From NCBI RefSeq assembly GCF_009914755.1, contig NC_060929.1: a DNA stretch of 64,000 nt, one strand, 5' to 3'. Origin of the DNA: the human T2T-CHM13v2.0 reference genome, Homo sapiens. Shown here in pieces: positions 41,908 to 55,489 of the stretch. A program made the position numbers and the translations under genes. The first letter of the stretch is position 1; each line of letters starts with the position of its first letter. Below the pieces are notes generated by a model. That model was not told the DNA's origin, did no database searches, and worked only from the letters and a program-made list of their open reading frames with translations.

Positions 41908-42689
41908 TTTGGACACTACTTAAGATCATCTCTATATGTAGTGTCATACGAGTATTACAGTATAGTTGAGAAAATTATTGCAAGTATTCTGTAATTTTTT
42001 AGACTTTATGTGTAAAGGGATATGAATGACTTGAGGCAATTACATCATTCTGATTAAAGGCCCCCAGTAACTGGAAGTAAGTTAGTCTCTCTGTGTAAAA
42101 AATTATATGTACTACTAGTTCTATTTTGTAAATGTTTTCTTCAAGTAAAATGGTCTACCAACCTGATGGAAAGAAATGTTCTTATTTTTAAACTAATGAA
42201 TTTCTCATTCAGTAAAACATTTATCAAGCACCTGCTATAAGTGCTGTTATTATGCTAAGTATAAGACAAGCATTGTTCTCATCCTCATAAATTTACAGCT
42301 TAATATGTGATGCACATAGATAAATAATTATAATACATTTTGGTAATGATTTTTTAGGCACTATTGTGTAGCATGGGGTAGAGAGGAGAAAATGTTTGAT
42401 CATTGATTATTAATATCAATGGGCTTATGCAAATAATTTTTAAAGAACTAGACTAAATGCAAAAGTAGCCTTGCTTTTTGGGTTAAATGATAAATGGCTC
42501 TTGGGAGCCACACTAAACAGGGTACATAATGGGACCATTTTCATCTGGCTAATTTTGCCTTAGTTTCTTGCTGTGGACTAGTTGGAAACTAAAAAAAAAA
42601 ATACATACAATCCTTGCCCTCAAGAGTCTTATAATTTAATTAGGGAAGTTAGGCATAGAGACAAACAAATAAAACCTTATACCAAATAG

Positions 42690-42760
42690 CATTCCTTCAT
42701 TCTTTCAACAGACATTTACTGAGCATCAGCTGTGTTCAAGGCACTTACAATTAGGCAGTG
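42690..42760 (-). mobile_element. L2 3'-end fragment
   Basis: cattctttcaacagacatttactgagcatcagctgtgttcaaggcact. Confidence 0.6.
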
Positions 42761-44299
42761 GAAGTAAAGGCAATTGATCTGGATGTGGAAGGAAAACATG
42801 TGCACTTCTATTTTTATTTATATATTTATCTTAAAATAATAAAAATTAAGCATTAATAACATTGTACTGCCACTGTCACCTCCAGGATAGCCAGATACCA
42901 TATTCAGTACTCAAGATATTTTTAAAAACAGTGAGAATTCCACTGCCCTGAATGGTACCCTCATTCATTTGATCAGATTGTGCTGCATTGCAGTTTGCTG
43001 TAATATACTGGCTGGTTAAGTAGACTTTAGACTTGCAGAGTTTAATTATCCAAGCACTCCCAAAATAGACATGTGGTTTTAGAAGTTTTTTTCTTTTTCA
43101 TAAAAAAGGACCAGACTAAAGATAATTCAATTAAGTAAATAAGAAAACTAAAACTGACACCTATACTTTTATTATGAGCTTTTCATTAGTCATATTACTG
43201 TATTATAATTTTAGCTAATAGAAAGACAACCAAAATAATATTAAATTACCAAGAAGACTACCTGATATGTGGATTCACTTTTACTATTAACTATGAACTT
43301 CACCCTATGTATGTACCATGTTTTGTAATACCAGTTCATAATAGAATAATAACACTACAGTAGGAAATATGTTTTAAAATAACATATATTTTATATTTCA
43401 TTAGTATAGTAATGCTTGTATAATTTATATATAAATGTATTTATAATATTTATACATATATACAAGCACACTCATAAAATTTATGGATAAATATACTTCT
43501 ATCACAGTTACTTGCTTGATTTTTTTTTAATTGATAGGAAGGCCTCTGATTTAGTCCACTGGAATGATTAGACTGGAGGAACTAAGTAAAAATGACTTGG
43601 ATCAGAAAATACTGGAGACAGAGAAACCAGTTAAAGCCTATTGATGTGCTGGTGATTTGAGATATAGAGCATCTCTGTGAAATAAAACGTACTGAAAAAC
43701 TTCAGCCCTCAGTGCTTCTCCCCATGTTACAAGATACTGGCATCAGAAAAGACCACAAAATGAATACCAGTCTTTACTACTTCCTTGCTTTCCAAATCCC
43801 TACTGGGAAGTAAGATTTAGCAGTGTGAGAGTAATTAAGCAGAATACCTCCTTCCTCCAGATACCAACACAGATGCATAAGAAGACATAGCTGAATTTTT
43901 GAGCAACAGATGTTAACTTACAAAGGACAAGATAAGCTGTACTGTGTTCTTTGCAACAGAAGTCAAATATCCCAACATGAGAAGAGCCTCTGTGCATATA
44001 GGCAAAGATAACCAACTGTAGCTAAAGGCTCCCGTGTACTTTCAGTACTCAAAATAGTCATGCATATGGGGATTCTGTCAGTCAACACCATATCTGCTGT
44101 TGATGTTGGTAACAGTGACCATCAGAAACTTCAGGAAGTGAAAGAAGATCTCCCATAGAAAAGGAAACCATGGTCAGTATAATTTTTGTGATGAATTTGT
44201 GTTTCTTTTAAATTTTCTAAATTTCTAAAAATATACACATCATATATATTTTATATGGTAACTTTCAGTTAACTAGAATTTTTTACATTGACATGTTCC

Positions 44300-45088
44300 T
44301 TTTTAAATTATTATTGAGGAATAATGTACAGACAGTAAAATGTATTCATTTTAAGTATACAATTCTGTGAGTTTGAAAAATGTATGCATCCAAGCAATTG
44401 CCACCACAATCAAGATACAGCACATTTCCACCACAAAGGTCATCCCTTGTGACCCTTTGTAGCAAATTCCTCCTATCCACCCCAAGATCCAGGCAACCAC
44501 TAATCTGCTATATATCACTCTAAGTTAGTTTTGACTTCTCTATAATTCCATATAAAAGAAATATACAATATGTACTTTCTTCAGTCTGGCTTCTTTTCCT
44601 TAGATGATATATTTTGAGATTCATCCTATATTGTTGTATGTATCAGTAGTTTTTTTTCTTTTTATTGCTAAATCATATTCCAACAGTATTCCATCATTTG
44701 CATACATCACAATTAATTTAACCATTCATTTGTTTTTGAGCATTTGGGTGGTTTCCATTGCTGACAATTCTGAACAAAACTGTTCATTGCTGAATATTTT
44801 TTTCTGGAAACATTTCTCTTTCATTATTATTGCATAACTCCAAGGAGTAGAATTGCTAGGGTAAATGGTATTTGTTTTACCTTTTAAGAAATTGACAAAT
44901 TTCTCAAAAAGATTGTCTCATTTTATATTTCCTCAAGCAATATATCAGAGTTCCAGTTACTCCACATGGTACCAATGCTTGGTAATGTCAGTCTTTTTAG
45001 TATTAGTCATTTGAGTGGTTGTACACTGGTATCTCATAGTGGTTTTAATTTTCTAATATCTGACAAATAAAGATGTTAAGAATCTTTC
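44300..45088 (-). mobile_element. Old L1 (L1ME/L1MB-like) 3' part; continues at about 55490
   Basis: ttattgagg...accacaatcaagatacagcacatttcc...tggtatctcatagtggttttaatt. Confidence 0.75.
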
Positions 45089-48000
45089 TGAGAGACAGGC
45101 AGAGCAAGAGCAAGAGGGTGGAATAGAAGGCTCCACCAATCGTCCTCCGTGCAAGGACACCAAGTAGTTAATAACTATCTACACAGAAAAAAAAACAAAA
45201 ACACCTTCATAAGGAACAAAAATCAGATGAGCACTCATAGCACTGGGTTTTAACTTCATATTGCTGAGAGAGGCTCTGAAGAGATAGAAAAAGCAGTGCT
45301 GAATGGCTGACGCCACTCTTCCCTACCCTGGTGGCAGTGGCCTGGTACAGAGAATAACTCTGGGTACTGGGGGAGGAAGAACACAGCAATTGTGAGGCAT
45401 TGAACTCCATGTTGTCCTGTTACAGCAGAAATGAAAATTGGACAAAAATCAGCTGATGCTCGCTTCCTAAGGGAGCATTTAAAATAGCCCTAGCCAGAGG
45501 GAGAATTGCAGATCCCAGTGGTCCAAACTTGACTGCCTGCAAACCTCACAACTGAGGGCTACAGCACTCTGAGCCTCCAAGTAAACTTAAAAGGCAGTCT
45601 AGACCATAAGGACTGCAATTCAGGCAAGTCCTATAGCTGAATTCAGCCCAGGGACAGTGGACTGAGGTGGAACATGATACACAGAAACATCATCCAAGGA
45701 AGCAAAAAGAGTGCTGTTATCACCCCTCCCCTAACCTCAGGCTGCACAGCTTGAGGCTCCAAAAGAGACCCCTTCCTTTGTCTTGAGGAAAGGGAAGAGT
45801 TGAGAGGAGTTTGTCTTTCATCTTGGATACCAACTCAGCCACAGCAGGATAGGACACCAGTCAGAGTCATGAGGTCCCCATTTCAGCTCTAGCTCCCAGA
45901 TGACATTTCTAGACACACCTGGGCCAGAAGGGAACCTGCTGCCTTGAAGAAAGAGATGTAGTTCTGCCGGCATTCATCACCTGCTAAATGAAGAGTCCTT
46001 GGGCCCCAAGTAAACAGCAGTGATATCCGGGTACTACATCAAGGGCTTTGGGTGAGCCTCTAAGACTTGCTGGCTTCAGGTGAGTCTCAGCACATTACCA
46101 CCTGTGGTGGCTACTGGGCAAAATTCCTTACTCCTGAGAAAAGCAAAGGGGATTTTGTCTTGCACCTTAGGTGCCAGCAGAGCCACAGTGGGGTAGAGCA
46201 CCAAGTGGGTTCTTGGGGTCCTCGATTTCAGGACTTGACTCTTGAACAGCATTTATGGACATGCCCTGGATCAAACGGGAGACCATTTCCCTGAAGGGTG
46301 AGTCCCAGGCCAGGCAGCATCTACCACAAGCTGACTTAAGGGAACATAGGCCTTAAGGGAACACCAGCAATAGTGTGGCAGTACTCCTCGTGGCCTGGGG
46401 TGGTGGTGGTGGCTATGGATGAGGTTCCTCTGCCTTTGGAAAGAGAGGGAAGAGTGGCAAGGACTGCATTTTGTAGTTTGAGTGCCGGCTCAGCTGCAAC
46501 ACAGTAAAACAGAAGGTAGACCTATAAGGTTTTTGATTCTAGTCTCTGACTCTTGGACAGCACTTCTGGACCTACCCAAGGCCTGGGGTACCTGTCTGCT
46601 CTGAAGGGAAGGACACAAGCCTGGCTAGCTTTGCCACCTGCTGATTGTACAGCCCCAGGGCATTGAGTGAACATAGCCAAGGAGTGGTTACAGCCAGTGC
46701 TTTTCTGACTTCAGGTCTGACCTAGCACAGTCATAATTGTGGTTGCCACAGGGGTGATTCTGTCACTTCACCCCCAGCTTTAGGTGGCTCAGAACAGAGA
46801 GAGAGGGAGAGAGAGAGAGAAAGAGAGAGAGAGACTCTGTATATTTGGGATAAAGTAAGAGAAGAGAACAAGAGTCTCTGCCTGGTAATCCAGAGAATTA
46901 TCCTGGATCTGAACCAAGACAATAAAGGTGATGCCTCTACAAGTCTGCAGGAATCACAGTGTTACTAGGCTTGGGGTGCTCCCTAAAGCAGATACCACTT
47001 AGATCACAATACCCAAGTCCTTTCGAGTATCTGGAAAACCTTCCCAAAAAAGATAGCTACAAATAAGCCCAGATAGTGAAGACTACAATAAATACCTAAC
47101 TGCTTAATGCTTAGACTCTAAAAAATATCTGCTAGCATCAACATCATCCAGGAAAACTTGACCTCACCAAATTAACTAAATGAGGCACCAGGGACTAATC
47201 CTGGAGAAACAGAGATATGTGGCCTTTCAGATAGAAAATTCAAATAGCTGTGTTGAGGAAACTCAAATAAATTTGAGATAACACAGAGACGAAATTCAGA
47301 ATTCTATCAGATAAATTCAACAAAGACATTGAAATAATTAAAAAGAATCCAGCTGAAATTCTGAAGCTGAAAAATGCAACTGGTATACTAAAGAATGCAT
47401 CGGGATCCTTTAATAAAAGAATTAATCAAGCAGAATAAATAACTAGTGAGTTTGAAGACAAGCTACTTGAAAGTGTACAGCCAGAGGAGAAAAATAAGAA
47501 TAAAAACAATGAAGCACTTAGACAGAATCTAGAAAATAGCACCAAAAGGGCAAATCTAAGATTTGTTGACCTTGAAGAGAAAGTGGAAAAAGTCATAGGG
47601 GTAGAAAGTTGATTCAAAGGGAAAATAACAGAGAACTTTCCAAACTTAGAGAAAGATATCAACATCCAAATACAAGACGGTTATAAAAAACTAAGCAGAC
47701 TTAACCCAAAGAGGACTACCTCAAGGCATTTAGTCATCAGTTTCCAAAGCTCATGGATGAAGAAGGGATCCTAAAAGTACCAAGAAAAAAAATAAATAAC
47801 ATGAAATGCAGCTCCAATATGTCTGGCAGCAGACTTTTTAGTGGAAACTTCATGGGCCAGGAGAAAGTGGCATAACATATTTAAAGTGCTGAAGAGAAAA
47901 GCTTTTACCCAAGAATAGTATATCTGGCAAAATATATCCTTCAAACATGAAGCAGAAATGGAGACTTTCCCAAACAAACAAAAGGTGAAATTTAATTCAC

Positions 48001-48102
48001 GCCAGACCCACCCTAGAAGAAATATTAAAAAGTCCTTCAAACAGAAAGAAAAGGACATTAATGAGCAATAAATCATCACCTGAAGGTACAAAACTCACTG
48101 GT

Positions 48103-48413
48103 GGCTGGGCACGGTGGCTCATGCCTGTAATCCCAGCACTTTGGGAGGCTGAGGTGGGTGGATCACAAGGTCAGGAGATCGAGACCATCCTGGCTAACAT
48201 GGTGAAACCCCGTCTCTACTAAAAATACAAAAAAAGAAAAAAAAATTAGCCGGGCATGGTGGTGGACACCTGTAGTCCCAGCTACTTAGGATGCTGAGGC
48301 AGAAGGATGGTGTGAACCCAGGAGGCAGAGCTTGCAGTGAGCCGAGATCGCACCACTACACTCCAGTCTGGGTGACAGAGTGAGAATCCATCAAAAAAAG
48401 AAAAAAAACAAAA
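48103..48413 (+). mobile_element. AluY inserted in the L1MA2
   Basis: aggtcaggagatcgagaccatcctggctaac, gagcttgcagtgagccgagatc; TSD core ctcactggt at 48094-48102 and 48418-48426. Confidence 0.93.
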
Positions 48414-50603
48414 ACACCTCACTGGTAATAGTAAACATGGCAGAAAAACACAGAATATTATAAAACTGTCACTGTGGTGTGTAAACTACTCTTATCCTAA
48501 GTAAAAAAACTAAATGATGAACCAATGAAAAATAATAACTACAACAATGTTTCAAGACATAGACAGTATAATAAAATATAAATAGAAACAACAAAAAGTT
48601 AAAAAGCAGGGAGACAAAGTTAAAATAGAGTTTTTATTAGTTTTCTTTCTGCTTGTTTGTTTATGTAAATTGTATTAAGTTGTTATCAGGTTAAAATAAT
48701 GTTTATAAGATAGCATTGGTAAGCCTCATGGTAACCTGAAACCAGAAAAATGAATACATAAAAAATAAATACAATGAATACATAAAAAGTAAAAAGCAAG
48801 ATAAACTAAAACATATCATCAGAAAAAAATCACCTTCACTACAGGAAGACAGAAAGAAAAAAGAAAGTAAAGAAGACCATAAAACAATCAGAAAGCAAAT
48901 AATAAAATGGCAGTAGTAAGTTCTTACTAATCAATAATAACATTGAATGTAAATAGAGTAAATTCTGCAGTCAACAGACAGATTGGTTAAATGAATGGAA
49001 AAACAAGATCTGTTGATCTGTTGCCTACAAGAAACACACTTTACCCATAAAGTCCACACAGACTGAAAATACAGGGATGGAGAAAGATATTCCATGCCAA
49101 TGGAAACAAAAAAAAGAACAGGAATAGCTATACTTATATTAGACAAAATGGACTTCAAGACAAAAACTAAAAGAAGAGACAAAGAAGGTCACTATATAAT
49201 GATAAAAGTATTAATTTCACAAGAGTATATAAAGTATATAACAATTTTAACTATATATGCACCCAACAGTGGATAACCTAGATATAAGCAGGTAATATTA
49301 TCAGAGCTAAAGAAAGATATAGGCCCCAATACAGTAATAGCTGAAGACTTTAACACCACACTTTCAGCATTGGACAGATCTTCCAGATAGAAAATCAACA
49401 AGGAAACTTGTTGGACTTCATCTGCATCATAGACCAAATGGATCTAATATTTACAGAAAATTTTATCCATGAGCTGCAGAATACATGTTCTTTTCCTCAG
49501 CACATGGATATATTATCAAGAATATATCATATATTAGGTCATGAAACAAATCTTAAAATGTTCAAAACAATTTAAATAATATCAAGCATCTTCTCTGACC
49601 ACATTGGAATAAAACTCAATTTTAACAACAAGATGAATTTGGGAAACTATACAAATACACAGAAATTTAAGAATATGCTTCTGAATGATAAGTGTATCAA
49701 TGAACAGGTTAGAAAGGAAATTGAAAAATTTGTTGAAACAAATGATAATGGAAACACAATATACCAAAACCTATGGGATACAGCAAAATTAGTACTAAGA
49801 TGGAAATTTATAGCTATAAGTGCCTACATCAAAACAAGGAAAAACTTCAAATGAATAATCTAATAATCTTAAAGAACTAGAAAAGTATGAAAAAACAAAA
49901 CCCATAATTAGTAGAAGAAATAATAAATATCGGAGCAGAAATAAATGAAATTGAAATGAAAAAACAATACAAAATATCAATGAAACAAAAAGTTGATTTT
50001 TGAAAAGTTAAACAAAATTGAAAAACCTTTAGCCAACAATGAAAAAAGGAGAGACTATCTAAATAAAATTAGAAATAACAAAGGAAACATTATAATTGAT
50101 ACTGCAGAAATTCAAAGGCTCATTAGCAGCTACTATGAGCAACTATATGCCAATAAATTGGAAAATATAGATGAAGTGGACAAATTCCTAGATACATTCA
50201 ACCTAGCAAGACTGAACCAAAAGAAATCCAAAACCTGAACAGACCAGTAACAAGTAATGAGATTGAAGCTGTAATAAAATGTCTCCCACTAAAGAAAAGC
50301 TTGGGACCTGATGGTTTCACTGCTGAATTCTACCAAATATTTAAAGAATAACAAATACCAATCTGATTCAAACTATTCTAAAAATAGAGAAGGAGGGAAA
50401 ATTTCCAAACTCATTCTATGAGGCCAGCATAACCTGATACTAAAATCAGACAAAGGCCCATCAAAGAAAAAAAAAAAACCACAAAACAAAACAAAAAACA
50501 CAAGTACAGGCCAATATCTCTGATGAATATTGATGCAAAAATCCTCAGCAAAATACTAGGAGACTGAATTCAACAATAGATTAGAAAGATCATTCACCGT
50601 GAC

Positions 50604-52994
50604 TGAAATGGTTTGGCTGTGTCCCCACCCAAATCTTATGACAAATTTTAATTCCCAATGTTAGGGGAGGAACTTGGTGGGAGGTGATTAGATTATGGTG
50701 GTAGATTTCCCCCTTGCTGTTCTCATGGTAGTGTGCAAGTTCTCAACGGATCTGGTTGTTTAAAAGTGTGTAGCACTTCCCCCTTCTCTCTCTCTCTCTC
50801 TTTCTCCTGCTCCACCATGGTAAGACATGCTTGATTCCCCTTCACCCTCCACAATGATTGTAAGTTTCCTGAGGCCTCTCAGCCGTGCTTCATTTACAGC
50901 ATGTGGAACTGTGAGTCAATTAAACCTCTTTTCTTCATAAATTACCCAGTCTCAGGTAGTTTTTTATAGCAATGTGAGAATGGATTAATACAGAAAATTA
51001 GTACCAGAGAAGTAGGGCATTGCTATAAAGATACCTGAAAATGTGGAAGCCACCTTAGAACTGGGTAATGGGCTGAGTTTAGAACAGTTTGGAGGCATCA
51101 GAAGAAGACAGGAAAATGAGAGAAAGTTTGGAACTTTCTAGAGATGTGTTGAATGGTTGTGATCAAAATGCTGATAGTGATATGGACAGTGAAGTCAAAG
51201 CTGAGGTGGTCTCAGATGGAGATGAGGAACTTATTGAAAACTGGAGCAAAGCTCGCACTTGCTATGCTTCAGCAAAGAGACGACTGGAAGCAGTTGTGCT
51301 CCTGCTCTAGAGATCTGTGGAACTTTGAACTTGAGAAAGACGATTTAAAATATCTGGCTGGAGAAATTTCTAAGCAGCAAAGCACTCCAGATGTGGCCTT
51401 GCTGCTTCTAAAAGCCTACAATCATTTGCATAGACAAAGAAGTGACCTGAAACTAGAACTTATATTTAAAAGGAATGCAGATCATAAAAGTTTGGAAAAT
51501 TTGCAGCCCTACCATGCAGTAGAAAAGGAAAACCCATTTTTTGGGGAAGAATTCAAGGCTGCAGAAATTTGCATAAGAAGAGCCAAATGCTAATAGCCAA
51601 GGCAATGGGGAAAATATTGCTAGGGCATTTCAGAGACCTTTGTGGCAGCCCCTCCTATCACAGGCCTGGAGGCCTGTGAGGGAAGCATGGTTTCCTGGGC
51701 CAGGCACAGGGCCTTGCTGCTCTGTGTAGTATTGGGACCTGGAGCACTGCATTCCAGCTGCCCCAGCTCTAGCCATGGTTACAAGGGGCCTAGGTACAGC
51801 TTGGGACATTTCTTCAGAGGGTGCAAGCCCCAAGCCTTGGTGGCTTCCACATGGTTTAGGGCCTTCAGGTGCACAGGAGGCGAGAGTTGAGGTTTGGAAG
51901 CCTCTGCCTAGATTTCAGAGGATGTATGAAAACACTTGGATGTACAGGCAGAAGTCTTCTGCAGGGGTAGAGCTCTCCTAGTACAGGATAATCTGTATGA
52001 GGGCAGTGCAGAGAGGAAATGTGGGGTTGGAGCCACGACACAGAGTCCCCACTGGGGCACTGCCTAGTGGAGCTGTGAGAAGAGAGACACAATCCTCCAG
52101 CCCCCAGAATGGTAGATCCACTGATAGCTTGCAATGTGTGCCTGGAAAAGCCACAGTCACTCAATACCAGCTTGTGAAAGCAGCCATGGGGGCTGTACTC
52201 TGCAGAGTCACAGATGTGGAACTACCAATGCCTTGGGAGCCCATCCTTTGCATCAGTGCGGCCTGAATGTGACACATAGAGTCAACGGGGATTATTTCAG
52301 AGCTTTAAGATATAATGTCTACCCTGCTGGGTTTTTGACTTGCATGGGTCCTGTAACCCCTTTGTTTTGGTCAATTTCTCCCTTTTGGAATGGGAGGATT
52401 TATCCAATGCCTATTGCATCTTGGAAGTAACTGACTTGTTTTTCATATTACAGGATCATTGATGGAAGGGATTTACCTTGTCTCAGATGTGACTTTGGAC
52501 TTGGACTTTTGAGTTAATGCTGGAATGAGTTAAAACATTGGAGGACTGTTAGGAAGGCACGTCTGTGTTTTGAAATGTGAGAAGAACATGAGATTTGAGA
52601 GGGATCAGAAGCAGTATAATATGGTTTGGTTTTGTGTCCCCATCCAAATCTTATGTTGAAATGTAACCCCCAGTGATGGGGAAGAGACCTGGTGGGAGAT
52701 ATTAAATCATGGGGATGGATTTCCCCCTGGCTGTTTTTGTGATAGTGAGTGAGTCCTCATGAGATCTGGTTGTTTGAAGGTGTGTAGAACTTTCCTGTTT
52801 CCTCTCCCATGCTCTGCCATGGTAAAATCTGCTTGCTTTCCCTTCACCTTCTGCAATGATTGTAAGTTTCCTGAGGCCTCCAAGCCATGCTTCCTGTACA
52901 GCCTGTGGAACTGTGAGTCAATTAAATTTCTTTTCTTTATAAGTTACCCAGTCTCAAGTAGTTCTCTATAGCAATGTGAGAAAAGACTAACATA
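50604..52994 (+). mobile_element. Complete MaLR provirus (MSTA/THE1D-like): 5' LTR 50604-50992, internal region, 3' LTR 52617-52994
   Basis: Two similar ~380-bp LTRs (atggtttgg...tgattgtaagtttcctgaggcc...ttacccagtctca); MaLR internal region (VVSDGDEELI, RDLWNFELE); 5-bp TSD gtgac/atgac inside L1 ORF2. Confidence 0.92.
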
Positions 52995-55489
52995 ATGACC
53001 AAGAGGGATTTATCCCTGAGATGAAGTATAGTTCAACATATGCAAATCAACCAACATGGTACGTCATATCAACAGAATGAAGAATAAAAACTATATGATC
53101 ATTTCAATTGATGCTGAAAAAAACATAATATCCAACATCTCTTTATGATAAAAATCCCCAAAAACTGGGGATAGAAGGAATCTACCTCAACATAATAGCC
53201 ATATATGACAGACCCACAGCTAGTATTATACTGAACGGAGAAAAACTCTAAAATCTAGAACACAACAAGGATGCCTGCTCTCACCTCTGTTATTCAACAT
53301 ACTACTGGAAGCCCTAGCTAGAGCAATCAGACAAGAGAAAGACTTAAAGAGCATCCAAATTGAAAAGGAAGCCAAATTATCCTTGTCCACAGATGATATA
53401 AACTAATATTTCAAAAATCTAGGCTTCAGAGAACAACTATTAGAACTTATAAACAAATTTAGTAAAGTTGCAGGATATAAAATCAACATACAAAAAAAAA
53501 GTAGCATTTCTACATGCCAACAGTGAACAATGGGAAAAGAAATAAAGTAATCCCATTTACAATAGCCACACATAAAATTAAATACCTAGGAATTAGCTTA
53601 ACCAAAGAAGTGAAAGATCTCTATAAGGAAAACTATAAACTGATGAAAGAAATTGAAGAGGACACTAAAAAATGGAAATATATTCCATGCTCATTGATTG
53701 GAAGAATCACTATTGTGAAAATACCCATATTACCAAAAGCAATCTACAGATTAAATGTGATCCCTATCAAAATACTAATGACATTCTTCACAGAAATAGA
53801 AAAAACAATCCTAAAATGTATATGGAACCACAAAAGACCTAGAATAGCCAAAGCAATCTCAAGCAAAAATTACAAAACTGAAGGAATCACAATACCTGAC
53901 TTTAAATTATACTACAAAGCTACAGTAACCAAAACAGCATGGTACTGACATAAAAACAGACACATAGACCAATAGAACAAAATAGAGAACCCAGAAACAA
54001 CTCCACACTCCCACATTAAACTCAGTTTAGATAAAGGTGCCATGAGCATACACTGGGGAAAAGATAGTATCTTCCATAAATAGTTCTGGGAAAACTGGCT
54101 ATCCATATGCAGAAAAATGAAACTAGACCCTGTCTATTACCATATACAAAAAAAAATCAAAATTGTATTAAAGACTTAAATCTAAGACCTAAAACTATGA
54201 GACTACTACAAGAAAACGTTGGAGAAACTTTCCAGGACCATGGTGTGGGCAAACATTTCTTGATCAATACCCAAGAAGCACAAGCAACCAAAGCAAACAT
54301 GGACATATGGGATCGCATCAAATTAAAAAGATTCTGCACAGCAAAAACAGCAATCAACAAACTGAAGAGATACAGAATGGGAACAAATATTTGCAAGCTA
54401 CTCCCCTGATAAGAGATTGATAACCAGAATATATAAGGAGCTCAAACAGCTGTATAGGAATAAAGCTAATAATCCAATTAAAAATGGACAAAAGAGCTGA
54501 ATAGACACTTCTCAAAAGAAGGCATACAAAGACAAACAGGCATGTGAACAGATGCACAATATCATTGATTATCAGAGAAATGCAAATCAAAACTACAATG
54601 AAATATCATCTCACTCCAGTTAAAATGGCTTATATACAAAGAGAGCCAATAATATATGCTGGAGAGAATGTGGAGAAAAGGAAACGCTTACACACTGTTG
54701 GTGGGAATGTAAATTAGTGCAACCACTATGGAGAACAGTTTGGAGGTTCCTCAAAAACCTAGAAATAGAGCTACCATATGATCTAGCCATCCCACTGCTG
54801 GGTATATACCCAAAAAAAGAAAATCAGTATACTGAAGAGTTAGCTGAATTCCTATGTTTGTTGCAGCACTGTTTACAATACCTAAGATTTGGAAGCAACC
54901 TATGTGTCCATCAACAGATGAATGGATAAAGAAAATATGGTACATATACAGAATGGAGTACTATTCAGCCATATAGAAGAATAAGATCCAGTCATTTGCA
55001 ACTACATAGATTAAATTGGAGATTATTATGTTGCATGAAATAAGCTGGGCACAGAAAGACAAACACTGCATGTTCTTACTTGTATATGAGATCTAAAAAT
55101 CAACACAATTGAACTCACAGAGATAGAGAGTAGAAGATGGTTACCAGAAGCTGGGAAGAATAATGAGGGGCTTCAGAGGAGGTGGAGATGGTTAATGGGT
55201 ACAAAAAAACTAGTTAAAGAATGAGTAAGACCCACTATTTGATAGCACAATAGGTTGACTATAGTCAAATAATAACTTAATGGTCCATTTTAAAATAACT
55301 TAAAGAATATAATTGGATTGTTTGTAACTCAAAGGATAACTGTTCGAGGGGAAGGATACCTCATTCTCTATGTTGTGCTTATTTCACATTGCATGTGTGT
55401 ATCAAAACATCTCATGTACCCCATAAATCTACATACCTATTATGTACACATGAAAATTTTAAAAAGCTAAAAAAAATAATAAAAAAGAA

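Larger units (their letters stand above)
45090..55486 (+). mobile_element. Near full-length L1MA2-like element (5' UTR, ORF1, ORF2, 3' UTR) carrying AluY and MaLR insertions
   Basis: Broken ORF2 pieces on + ([55 protein letters not shown]); L1MA2-type 3' UTR (atcaaaacatctcatgtaccccataaat) and A tail at about 55468-55486. Confidence 0.9.

Noticed and set aside
51089-52430. Cluster of 60-146 aa ORFs
   Set aside because: Frameshifted remnants of the MaLR internal region, not a host gene.
49094-54929. L1 ORF2-like ORFs as an active retroelement
   Set aside because: Many stops and frameshifts plus a MaLR insertion; a dead element.
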